Positions 19,501-27,540 of a DNA stretch of 64,000 nucleotides are shown here, in pieces. A program made the translations under genes and the position numbers. Source of the DNA: Bacteroidales bacterium (GTDB taxonomy: Bacteria > Bacteroidota > Bacteroidia > Bacteroidales > VadinHA17); contig OY764960.1 of assembly GCA_963668715.1 (NCBI GenBank), positions 719,602-783,601 on the forward strand. The letters are read 5' to 3'. The notes beneath the pieces were generated by a model. The model ran no database searches and was not told the origin of the DNA. It was given only the letters and a program-made list of their open reading frames with translations. The first letter of the stretch is position 1, and each line of letters begins with the position of its first letter.

Positions 19501-19705
19501 GCGTTTCATAGCCCTGTGGTACTGTAATTGAGTACTCACCAAGGTCGTCCGTGTTGGTCCCTACGGAGGTCCCTTTCACGGATACAGTCAGGTAGGGCAA
19601 AGGATTACCGTCGGTATCGGTAACTTTGCCCGTAACTACCCTTTGACCATGCACATTTATCAATATGCAGGTCAAAATAGCAATTAAAAGCAATGACTTT
19701 TTCAT
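16523..19705 (-). CDS. SusC/RagA-family TonB-dependent outer-membrane transporter
   Basis: 1060 aa. N-terminal carboxypeptidase-regulatory-like domain (VTGKVTDTDGNPLPYLTVSVKG), TonB box region (DVVVTALG), plug and barrel, C-terminal ..FGIKLSF. Confidence 0.92.
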   Translation of the reverse strand: MKKSLLLIAILTCILINVHGQRVVTGKVTDTDGNPLPYLTVSVKGTSVGTNTDDLGEYSITVPQGYETLVFSFVGMKSKEVIITGNVLNVVMDAGTVELGDVVVTALGITRDRKALGYNVQEVQSDEISGRGNADIVNSLAGKVAGMQVNSTSSAAGASTYMTIRGAASLTGNNQPLFVIDGMPIDTDESYRGSTGQSGTYTSSRSIDLNPEDIASMTVLKGGAATALYGLQASNGVIVITTKKGSNNQKMKVNIHSSLGIKQLGRRIPLQNEYGQGRNGNWQSGYDAAWGPWLDTCSYSLDPSVWTKPEFDVDGAIVSENDPNATGEPVNRYDQYDFFHTGLSYNNNVSIEAGNEYSSYFFSIGNLEEEGIIPTNTFGRTTVRLNADTKLTDKIKTGVNVMYANTRNNLVREGGTSSGLLGLYRTPATFDNAAGYKLEDGRQRTHRGANGSYNNPYWTAYEQSKLDKNNRFVGSTFLDWQLTDWLTFKYNVGIDWYHRGYATIYNWNSVGHRDGDLTERREFHSIFNSDVMLVINKNIWDDLGLNLIIGQNMFQKSYNYLTASTVGLSLPTLYNIDNTGSQTASQGTSEYRTAAIYGDLGIDYKNMVYLGATLRNEWSTTMPENSMNAMFPSFSGSFVFTELDALKDLSFLTFGKLRASWAKTANIARSYMTTSYYSVSSPDDYYTSGITFPFLGYSGFTVDNVIGNADLQHEKQTSFEIGTELRFFMNRIGLDVSYFYNENSELLLQVPISGSTGYSSAYLNAATMESKGIELSLNATPVKTGNFTWDFTLSYTKMENPVTSLAEDVEFVTLNGDTKAQINAAVGYDYPSIFGFDWYRDENGNVLINDDPTDSHPDGFPWTDKTKTVVLGKVNPDWTMNYYNILSFKGLSLTTLVNIKQGGSVYNGTRFRLNYHGLTEETLDRTTPTVFEGVLGHLDADGNVVSSGVENTMEVIKDQDWYRGENSFSSGGAASQGVEDASWIKVREITLSYKFGSSILSKLHLSGLEVYATGNNLFIITPYMGGDPEVNVYGASNGQGFDYFASPGCKTYLFGIKLSF

Positions 19706-19804
19706 AAATTAATTTTTAGGTGAATGATTAAGGTTTAGTATTGATATTTAAAATTTGTCACTAATTGTTATTCATCTTTAGTATTGTTTTTATTACAAGT
19801 ATCG

Positions 19805-20860
19805 TCAGTTCAAATTATTTCTTTTCAGAAATACAAGAGGGAACAATTCGACAAGGAGTATAATAGCCAGAAGGCCCTTCCTTGTATGGTTATGCGTATA
19901 CAGGTTCGTCGACTCAGAGTATCTTATACCCGGCGAGACATCTATGCCATACCGGCCTGCAAGACTCTTAATGTCCAGCAGGTTGATAAAAGGTATATTG
20001 TTTTCGCTCATTCTGGTTATCAGCCCCCTGTTGATATCAGAGCAACCTTTATAATCCATGACCAGGCCGTTGGGTATTGTTGTAGAGTGGGGACAGGCCC
20101 CAAGGGCCGTCTGATTTCCGCCTATATTAATAAGAAGTGAAATATGAGCCTCTGAAAATATTTCCTCTTTCTTCTTAATTGATTCCGGCAGGTCCTCCGG
20201 AACATAAAGTTCAATATGGTTCCTTTCTGCTGCTTCATAAATATGAGCTATACCTTCCCCGGAAAGCCCATCGCCTGAATCTCCATTCGCTCCAATGGTT
20301 ACCAGTGATGAATGATATTTCATCCCGCCATCACTGATAAGCCCTGATTCGATATCTATCCATGTAACATCCGGCTGATTGGCTCCATAGGTTGAAGATC
20401 CAAGAGAGCTCATTAATATAACTTCTGCTCCGGTTGTCTGAAGAGCGGCAAGCGTTGATATTGCAAGAGAAGGGAAAGACCCTGAGATAATCATTCCCAC
20501 ATAATCACCTTTTTTTATTCCTGCCTCTTTAAGCAACCTGACTATCAGGGCTGAAAAATCAGGATTTGATGATATTTCCTTTGCTTCAAGAGAACCGAGT
20601 GTAGTAGTGATATCCGACCATTCATCTCCAATCATATAATAATACGGAACATTTGAATGAACATACTCTGTGATACCTTTTTCTGTCTTAAGGTCTTTAA
20701 CAACTGAAAACCACGATTCGGTAAGGGCAATGGCCTTTCTCATAGTACCTGTATTGTCTACAGAATTTTTTACTATCAGAAATTTCTGAACGGCAATGGT
20801 GCCACAGAGTATCAATACAAATACTATAAGCAACCTTATGTTCAGACTTAGCTTCTTCAT
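19805..20860 (-). CDS. Third PGA-system component: bitopic membrane protein replacing PgsA/CapA (likely the family annotated as poly-gamma-glutamate system protein)
   Basis: 4-nt start/stop overlap with pgsC. TM helices at both termini with a large domain between them. No resemblance by eye to Bacillus PgsA. The family name is recalled from memory and not verified. Confidence 0.5.
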   Translation of the reverse strand: MKKLSLNIRLLIVFVLILCGTIAVQKFLIVKNSVDNTGTMRKAIALTESWFSVVKDLKTEKGITEYVHSNVPYYYMIGDEWSDITTTLGSLEAKEISSNPDFSALIVRLLKEAGIKKGDYVGMIISGSFPSLAISTLAALQTTGAEVILMSSLGSSTYGANQPDVTWIDIESGLISDGGMKYHSSLVTIGANGDSGDGLSGEGIAHIYEAAERNHIELYVPEDLPESIKKKEEIFSEAHISLLINIGGNQTALGACPHSTTIPNGLVMDYKGCSDINRGLITRMSENNIPFINLLDIKSLAGRYGIDVSPGIRYSESTNLYTHNHTRKGLLAIILLVELFPLVFLKRNNLN

Positions 20861-21285
20861 GTAAAAAATATTGAGAGCTGGAATACTATCAGTGTTACTA
20901 TTCCCAGCCCGAGAGTTGTTGATGCGATATTCTGTTTTGACATCTCATTGGCAATAAGGCCCGGTATTATATAGCCGACTGACTGAAGGTCTATCTTCAT
21001 TATATCCATAGGTTGAATCTGAGTCTCAACAACCAGTTTCAGGACAAACCCAAGCAATACTGCCAGTAAGAATTTTCTTCTTCCGTAAAGGATCAGCCTT
21101 GAAGAGAGGTATCTGATAATAAGATACACTATCAGGGCAATCACTATTGTCATTAATATTTTCCAGGGGTCATAAACAAAGAGGGCACAATAGGCCGGAG
21201 CTATAACTCCGCCCGGAGATATTCCCGTCAGTTCATAAAAAATGAATCCGACGACTATTCCGATCAAAAACAGATGCAGAATCAT
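20857..21285 (-). CDS. pgsC: Poly-gamma-glutamate biosynthesis membrane protein PgsC/CapC
   Basis: 142 aa and polytopic. Shares ILYGRRKF and IIPGLIAN blocks with Bacillus PgsC. Overlaps both pgsB and the next gene by 4 nt. Confidence 0.88.
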   Translation of the reverse strand: MILHLFLIGIVVGFIFYELTGISPGGVIAPAYCALFVYDPWKILMTIVIALIVYLIIRYLSSRLILYGRRKFLLAVLLGFVLKLVVETQIQPMDIMKIDLQSVGYIIPGLIANEMSKQNIASTTLGLGIVTLIVFQLSIFFT

Positions 21286-22421
21286 TTTAACATTTCAATA
21301 ATTGTACTCCCTCCCCCTCCTATATTACCGATGCCTATCACAAGGGACTTATCCGGAACCCTGTCGGCAATAATCTTCTTTATCCGTGGGATATCTGTCT
21401 TTTTACATCTATGAATCCTGTTTTTACAGGTAAAACTGTTTTTCAGACGGCTCGCTGCCCTTCTGAAATGCGTACCGGAAATAAAAACATGGTCGATTGA
21501 AACCGACATCTCATTGATCAGCCCGACAAGCTGATCAGTACGGAACGGGCGGTCAGCCCTTGTATTAAGCAAAACCGAATAATTCCTTTCATAAGATATT
21601 TCCGAACGCCAGTGATCTATAAATGATCTTGTCGAATCAATATCGTTCACCGGAAATCCATTAAGGAAGCTTATCTCTTTTTCCCCGTATCTTACGGTAA
21701 ACAAGGGCGATTCGGTTTTTTCAATAAAACTGATAATTCTCTCTGTTGCCTTCTTCATATCAAGCCCTGCTTCACGGCATACGGTCAGAGCGAGAGCCAC
21801 ATTATCAGAGAATACGCCCCCGGGCAGGTCTCTTAAACATGTTTTATCAGGAATATCCGTTAATACTACCAGGCTATTCTTTTTTTCCGCTGTTTCCCTT
21901 ATAAGGCTGATATAATTTGATTCACTGGTGACAACCCGGCAGTTGTTTGGGATAGCCCTGCATATTGACCTGGCCTGATCATCAATTGTGTTTCCCATCA
22001 CCTCGCGGTGATCGTCTTTTATATTTGTAATAACATAAATATGAGGTTTGAATATCCTGCTTTCAAGTTGCTGAAGTTCAGGAGAAACTGACATACATTC
22101 AAGAACCATGCTATCGGCTTTTTTCCGGGCAGCATATCTCATTATGTCAAATTGCTCCTGAACCCTCGCTACTCCTAATCTAAATAAAACATCTTTTTTT
22201 TCTCCCGAGCCGACAGCAGGTATTACTCCTGTTATTTTAGATATAATATTTGCATCAGGGCTAAGCAAACCTGCGGCAATATATTCCGTAACAGACGATT
22301 TGCCTCTGGTTCCATTGACATGTACCCTTAAGTTTATTGCTGTCACACTCTTATTCACAATCATTCTCTCAACAATGAGAAAACCAATGCTAATACACAG
22401 TATGACAATCGGGAGGATCAT
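21282..22421 (-). CDS. pgsB: Poly-gamma-glutamate synthase PgsB/CapB (Mur-ligase-like amide ligase)
   Basis: N-terminal TM helix. Collinear by eye with B. subtilis PgsB in four blocks: VHVNGTRGKSSVTEY P-loop, ECMSVSPE, NGFPVNDIDST/NTRADRPFRT, and the GIGNIGGGG tail. Confidence 0.9.
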   Translation of the reverse strand: MILPIVILCISIGFLIVERMIVNKSVTAINLRVHVNGTRGKSSVTEYIAAGLLSPDANIISKITGVIPAVGSGEKKDVLFRLGVARVQEQFDIMRYAARKKADSMVLECMSVSPELQQLESRIFKPHIYVITNIKDDHREVMGNTIDDQARSICRAIPNNCRVVTSESNYISLIRETAEKKNSLVVLTDIPDKTCLRDLPGGVFSDNVALALTVCREAGLDMKKATERIISFIEKTESPLFTVRYGEKEISFLNGFPVNDIDSTRSFIDHWRSEISYERNYSVLLNTRADRPFRTDQLVGLINEMSVSIDHVFISGTHFRRAASRLKNSFTCKNRIHRCKKTDIPRIKKIIADRVPDKSLVIGIGNIGGGGSTIIEMLK

Positions 22422-22469
22422 ATTTACATATTATTTAAGTCATTTCTGTCAGGGTCAATCCATAAATAC

Positions 22470-24170
22470 TCAATATCCTTTTGCTATTCCTCCTCTTCGC
22501 TTATCAGCAGATCCGTAGTATAGTCCTGTTTCAGGGTCGACATATATCATCTGTGCCCCTCCGAAGAACAGGTCTATGCCTTCATACACTTTCAGGTTAT
22601 GGCCCATTTTTTCCATTTCGGCAATTACTTCGGGTTTTATTCCGGATTCCAGATGAAGGAAATCATCATGCTTTCTGCAATAGAAACGCGGAGCAAGGTT
22701 TGCTTCACCGACATCCATCCCAAAATCTACGACATTTATAATAAGCTCGAACAATGTTCCTATTATCCTGCCTGCACCGGGGCTACCGACCACCAGGAAC
22801 GGATCTTTCTTATTTAACAGTATTGTAGGAGCTATTGAGCTACGGCATTGCTTACCGTTCTCAAGCGTATTTGGTGTTTTTGAACTATATGAATAATTCG
22901 TCATTGCACAATTGAACAATACTCCTGATATTGTCTGTGCCGAACCAAAAAATAATCCCAGCGTCTGAGTAAGAGCCACTGCATTACCATACTTATCAAC
23001 GACTGAAAGGTGTGTGGTATGACCTCCTTCCATTTCAGGTTCCGGGACATAAGCGTCAGAGGTTTTTATTTGGAAATTAAAAGGATCGCCTGATTTAGCC
23101 TTCCTGTAGGTCGGAGGATCAAGCTTTTCAGGATTTATAGAGTTGAACCTTGCCCTTGCATATTCCTTCGATATCAAAACATCGACCGGTACATTGACAT
23201 AATCAGGATCGCCAAGGTAATCGAAACGGTCGGCATACATTAATTTGGAGGTCTCTGCCATCATATGAAATGTATGTGCCGACTCACTGTAATGGCCCGA
23301 GCTTTTCAGGTCAATATTTTCTATCATATTAAGGCCTTCCAGAAGAGTTAAACCTGACTCAGGCAGGTTTGCAGTGAGTATATCATGGCCGCGATATGTA
23401 CCCTTAAGAGGCTTGTCGAGCTTTGGCTGATAAGTTGAAAAATCATTGATTGTCATAACTCCTCCCCTTTTCTGTATCTCGTCGACAAATATCTTCCCAT
23501 ACTTACCTTTATAGAAACCATCACGGCCTTCACGGGCAATTGTTTTAAGTACCAGGGCAAGTTCCTTTTGTACGATCAGATCACCTTCCATTTTTGGAAA
23601 GCCGTCATCGGTAAATGTCCCGGCAGTATTCCCGTCAGCTGTAATAATCTCTACATTGTCAAGGATCAGTCCTGCCAGAGTAGCATCAATATGGAAACCG
23701 TTTTCGGCATAACGAATAGCAGGTTCAAGAACTTCTGAGAGAGACAGGGTGCCGAATTTTTCAAGCGCCATGGTCAGACCTCCTACAGTACCAGGCACTC
23801 CTATCGCCTTTACAGTGCGGGCATCCCTGTCACTGTCGAATCCCAGATCCAAAGCATTCTCAGAGCTTCTGCCATAATAGTTTATGAAATACGACTCTCC
23901 GGTTTCTTTAAGGTAGATCACCATCCCTCCACCACCTCCGATACCGGATCCGTCGGGTTCAACCACACCGATCGTAAATGCGGCCGATACTGCAGCATCA
24001 ATAGCATTACCTCCTTTCATGAGCATCTCAAGAGCTGCCTCTGTTGCCAAAGGATGAGCTGTAGCGACCATCCCGTTTTTTCCGGACGGTGTCGACACAG
24101 ACTGTGAAGCCAGGGGAAGGTACAGTACAAATGAAAGAAGCAGTATAAGATTAACAGGTTTTGTTCTCAT
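22470..24170 (-). CDS. ggt: Gamma-glutamyltransferase family protein (GGT / CapD-like), exported
   Basis: Signal peptide. GGT blocks: GGNAIDAAV, PDGSGIGGGGGMVIY, the autoprocessing/nucleophile region GGHTTHLSVVD, and GSPGAGRII. Confidence 0.9.
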   Translation of the reverse strand: MRTKPVNLILLLSFVLYLPLASQSVSTPSGKNGMVATAHPLATEAALEMLMKGGNAIDAAVSAAFTIGVVEPDGSGIGGGGGMVIYLKETGESYFINYYGRSSENALDLGFDSDRDARTVKAIGVPGTVGGLTMALEKFGTLSLSEVLEPAIRYAENGFHIDATLAGLILDNVEIITADGNTAGTFTDDGFPKMEGDLIVQKELALVLKTIAREGRDGFYKGKYGKIFVDEIQKRGGVMTINDFSTYQPKLDKPLKGTYRGHDILTANLPESGLTLLEGLNMIENIDLKSSGHYSESAHTFHMMAETSKLMYADRFDYLGDPDYVNVPVDVLISKEYARARFNSINPEKLDPPTYRKAKSGDPFNFQIKTSDAYVPEPEMEGGHTTHLSVVDKYGNAVALTQTLGLFFGSAQTISGVLFNCAMTNYSYSSKTPNTLENGKQCRSSIAPTILLNKKDPFLVVGSPGAGRIIGTLFELIINVVDFGMDVGEANLAPRFYCRKHDDFLHLESGIKPEVIAEMEKMGHNLKVYEGIDLFFGGAQMIYVDPETGLYYGSADKRRGGIAKGY

Positions 24171-24204
24171 TATTATTCTGTATTGAGGTTAGTTATTGAG
24201 GTCT

Positions 24205-24750
24205 TCATTTGAATAGTTTTCCCATAGGTGTAGCTGCATCAACTATCTTTTCAACGAGAGTAAGAGGTATGCCATTCTTTTTTGACAGTTCGGTGAAAAA
24301 TCCGTCCTCATCGGCCTGCTTGACAACTATCATCTCCTTAGCATTATCTGCAACAAGAGTATTGAATGCATCTGACTGGCCCTTTCTGCGGGCATTACCT
24401 CCGATATGCATCAATACAATAGGTATCTCTTTTTTGTTAGCGGCCTCAATAAGAGCAACCACACGGTCATATTCTTCCTGCTGGCTTACTCCTGCAGCGC
24501 CAAGGCCCTTTGAGCTGAACCCGGGAACAATAATAAGGGTCTTAATGCCTTCCATATCCTGTTCAGTGGCCATCAATACCGTATTGGCATTCAACTGTTG
24601 CCGCTGTGCCAGCATCTTCACAAGTTTTACATCAGCGCTCTGACCTGCTGAAGAGATCAGGATTGGTTGCTCAAATTTCTGAGCACTGATCATTGACGTT
24701 GAAACAACCGCAACAATCAGTAATACAATCTTTAATACTATATTCTTCAT
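24205..24750 (-). CDS. Exported protein of unknown function (181 aa)
   Basis: Clear signal peptide and an alpha/beta-like pattern (ILISSAGQSAD.., LIIVPGFSSKG.., IVLMHIGG). No family assigned with confidence. Confidence 0.6.
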   Translation of the reverse strand: MKNIVLKIVLLIVAVVSTSMISAQKFEQPILISSAGQSADVKLVKMLAQRQQLNANTVLMATEQDMEGIKTLIIVPGFSSKGLGAAGVSQQEEYDRVVALIEAANKKEIPIVLMHIGGNARRKGQSDAFNTLVADNAKEMIVVKQADEDGFFTELSKKNGIPLTLVEKIVDAATPMGKLFK

Positions 24751-24762
24751 ACTGAAAATTAT

Positions 24763-25887
24763 TTAGTTATGTAAATAAGTTCCGACTCCGTTATTCATCA
24801 TCTCATCATATGAAGGAAGGCCCGATACCATTATCTGTTTATCAGGATAAGACATATTATAAGCATTGATCAGCTCAATAAATCCGGTAATATGCCTTCC
24901 GACACGATGTTCAACAGGCTCACCCGTTTCCTCCCTGTATGCAATCCTTAACGCTCCCGACTGCTTTGCTTTACTGTAATTCTCACTATATCCCCTTAAC
25001 ACGAGGTCAACATCAGTTTCTGCCCTCAGCCTGCCCATCGACGGGTTACTGGTCTCCATAAGGAAAGGTATAACATCAGTATAGTCGCCCCACTCCCGAT
25101 GGCTCAGTCCATGAAAGTTTTTTGGTGACAGCTCGGGAGAGAACTGCAGGCCTGCAAACTCCAGACCAAGGACTGCATTCATAGCTATCTCTTCATAATC
25201 CTCATGATAAACGATTACATTTACAATTGGCACTTCAGGAGACGATTCATGTATATCAAAAGCTATATCTACCTTCTCCTTTTTTATCATCTGAACAATA
25301 GCATATGCAACTTTCTGGGTTAAAGTCCCGTCAGCTTTCCCCGGATATGCCCGGTTTAAATTTCTTGTTTCAAAACCTGACAACTGCTGGCCGGAGGGAT
25401 ACTGGGCGCATACAAGCGGGTCAGGCCACTGGTGCAGGGGATTTGTTACTCTTGAGCCCAGTCTGAACACCCTTGACCCTTCAGCAGTTTTAATCTCATA
25501 ATGTGTGGGGAAGCCCTCCATAGGGTCGCTGCATGTGAATGCGCTGTTATTAAGCCTTGGAATAACAATAACCCTTCCGCTGAGCACCTCTATATTTTCC
25601 AGAATAACAACAGGCGCCAGAAAAGCAGCAGCCTCATTGGGATGCGCTCCTCCACCGATAAAAGCAGTACCACCCGGGACGCCGCTGTCATATATATAAA
25701 CCTCCGTATCTCCTTCCGTTCCTTTGATAGCATCAAAATAGTCGCTCAGCATAGTTTTCCTTGTAAGTGATTCGCTTGGGTAAATTGCTTCCGGCTTATG
25801 CATCTTCCTGAACTCAAGCGATGCAACTACGGCAGCATATGCAAATACGACAGATATTATTATGGTTGATATATGATTCTTCAGCAT
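24763..25887 (-). CDS. Succinylglutamate desuccinylase/aspartoacylase (AstE/AspA, M14-like) family zinc hydrolase, membrane-anchored or exported
   Basis: N-terminal TM/signal anchor, HxxE zinc motif (GGGAHPNEAAA), a later DIHES motif, 374 aa. Confidence 0.65.
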   Translation of the reverse strand: MLKNHISTIIISVVFAYAAVVASLEFRKMHKPEAIYPSESLTRKTMLSDYFDAIKGTEGDTEVYIYDSGVPGGTAFIGGGAHPNEAAAFLAPVVILENIEVLSGRVIVIPRLNNSAFTCSDPMEGFPTHYEIKTAEGSRVFRLGSRVTNPLHQWPDPLVCAQYPSGQQLSGFETRNLNRAYPGKADGTLTQKVAYAIVQMIKKEKVDIAFDIHESSPEVPIVNVIVYHEDYEEIAMNAVLGLEFAGLQFSPELSPKNFHGLSHREWGDYTDVIPFLMETSNPSMGRLRAETDVDLVLRGYSENYSKAKQSGALRIAYREETGEPVEHRVGRHITGFIELINAYNMSYPDKQIMVSGLPSYDEMMNNGVGTYLHN

Positions 25888-25893
25888 AATTAT

Positions 25894-26043
25894 TTATTTA
25901 ATTTGAAAAAGACGCAAAAGGAATACCATGAGCACCATGGCCATAGCCACTTTGTTCTTCCATTTTTTCTCCCTGATAAACTCAATTACCACAACATAAG
26001 TTATGTAAGCAAGTATTATTGTATATATAATGTACATTATCAT
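25894..26043 (-). CDS. Small hydrophobic protein (49 aa), below the ORF-track cutoff
   Basis: Translated by hand: MIMYIIYTIILAYITYVVVIEFIREKKWKNKVAMAMVLMVFLLRLFQIK. Two hydrophobic segments. 9 nt after the permease stop and 6 nt before the next start. Confidence 0.4.
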   Translation of the reverse strand: MIMYIIYTIILAYITYVVVIEFIREKKWKNKVAMAMVLMVFLLRLFQIK

Positions 26044-26052
26044 TTTTCAGGT

Positions 26053-27318
26053 TTAAAAAATTAAATTAGATATCTCCTGGGCAAACACAAGTATCAGGAT
26101 GCCCACGGCCATTGATATAGCTATAGGTATCAGGCAAACCTTCAGTATCTTGAAGTGGTTCTTCTCCTCAATTATCTGTGAGGAGTAAGCGCACAGCAGT
26201 GCCGGCGGAGGCATAAGGTCGCCCAGGGCTGCCATCAGTACCAGGGCAGAAGTGACCACCAGTGCACTTTTCCCTATAAAAACATAAACAAGAGGAACGC
26301 CTATTACCGAAGCTGAGCCATAGGCCGAACCCATAAAAGGCATTATGGCGGCTGCAAAATACCTCAGTCCTTCAGGCAGATTAAGCGCCACTACTGCCAG
26401 ATAACCCCTTACTCCCGTAAGAGCCATGCTCTGAAGGAACATGCCTACTCCTATCAGGATGGCCATAACAGGCATAGCGCTTCTTAAAGCTTCTCTTGAA
26501 ACAAGAACAAAATTTAATTTCCTTTTAGTGAATAAGCCCATGATGGCTCCTATCATAAAGATGAGGGGGACTCCCAGATGAGGCAGAATATTATGGAAGC
26601 GTATCTCTCCTATCATATATAATATCACGAAAAACAGAGGCAGGTATACAGTGAAAGGCAGTTTCTCCTCTTTGGAACTCTCAAGCATCTCCTTTACCTT
26701 TTCCGTATTATATCCTGATAAATACCTGTATCTGAAATAAAGAGCCACTATTATGGCAACAGGAAAGGATGCAATAAACAGTGGCCAGCCAAATCCTATA
26801 TAAGGCATGTCAACACCACCGCCGATAATCATCACCGGTATACTAATAGGGGGAGCTACTTCACCGAATACGGCAGCCATGGCTATCAGCCCCCCCACTG
26901 CATGTTTTTTCATTCCGATCTGTAATAATATAGGCGCAGCCAGAACTCCTGTAGTGAGTATACATGTCGATGAAAGCCCTGTCAGCATTCCGGGGAACAT
27001 AACAAAAAAGGTTATTATGATAACCAGTAATGTAGGGCTCCTGTAAAACAACCTCAGTATTCCGTAGCTTATTCCTTTCAGTGCCCCGGTGGCATCCATT
27101 ACACGCATGAAAATCATTGCACTGGAGATGATCATTATTGCTTCCAGAAATCCGAACCCCCCTTCAACAAAATGCCTTAACGGTATTCCATGCCCTCCTG
27201 CTATTGTTCCGATAATTGCAGATAACATCAAAGATACACCGGCAGGCATTTTTAAAACAAAAACACTGACAGCAAATGTTGCAAGCATGCATATAAGGAT
27301 AATCAACTCTATGCTCAT
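26053..27318 (-). CDS. Polytopic permease, DctM-like (TRAP large-subunit / ion-transporter superfamily)
   Basis: 421 aa with ~12 TM helices and a DctM-like pattern (AMIFMRVMDATGA.., FPGMLTGLSSTC..). No DctP or standard DctQ gene is adjacent. Confidence 0.5.
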   Translation of the reverse strand: MSIELIILICMLATFAVSVFVLKMPAGVSLMLSAIIGTIAGGHGIPLRHFVEGGFGFLEAIMIISSAMIFMRVMDATGALKGISYGILRLFYRSPTLLVIIITFFVMFPGMLTGLSSTCILTTGVLAAPILLQIGMKKHAVGGLIAMAAVFGEVAPPISIPVMIIGGGVDMPYIGFGWPLFIASFPVAIIVALYFRYRYLSGYNTEKVKEMLESSKEEKLPFTVYLPLFFVILYMIGEIRFHNILPHLGVPLIFMIGAIMGLFTKRKLNFVLVSREALRSAMPVMAILIGVGMFLQSMALTGVRGYLAVVALNLPEGLRYFAAAIMPFMGSAYGSASVIGVPLVYVFIGKSALVVTSALVLMAALGDLMPPPALLCAYSSQIIEEKNHFKILKVCLIPIAISMAVGILILVFAQEISNLIF

Positions 27319-27342
27319 AAGTACTAAGGTTTATCCTAACTA

Positions 27343-27358
27343 ACCAAATGACGTGCCA
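27343..27358 (-). promoter_or_regulatory. Near-consensus sigma-54 (-24/-12) promoter upstream of the PGA/GGT/Sus gene run
   Basis: The minus strand reads TGGCACGtcatTTGGt against TGGCACG-N4-TTGCW. The -24 element and spacing are perfect; the -12 element has GG instead of GC. It ends 25 nt upstream of the permease ATG. Confidence 0.55.
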
Positions 27359-27410
27359 TAATTCGTATACTACTGCTCATCAGCATGATACAATATGCCA
27401 GTCATTAAAA

Positions 27411-27428
27411 AACACTTGTAATAGTGTT
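27411..27428. promoter_or_regulatory. Inverted repeat aacact-N6-agtgtt (candidate activator site)
   Basis: 6-bp arms, 53-70 nt upstream of the -24 element on the minus strand. Confidence 0.25.
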
Positions 27429-27540
27429 GATTGTTCCCAGCATACCGGGCTGTATCAGCCCATAGTGAAAGCCGTCCGGTAAGGCTTCATACACTGTCTT
27501 CAGTTAATATGCTGTTACTTCGGGTATGATGTAATAGACT

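Noticed and set aside
19805-20860. Calling the third PGA gene pgsA/capA
   Set aside because: By eye it has no resemblance to Bacillus PgsA (no metallophosphatase-like blocks) and a different topology. It is kept as a non-homologous third component.
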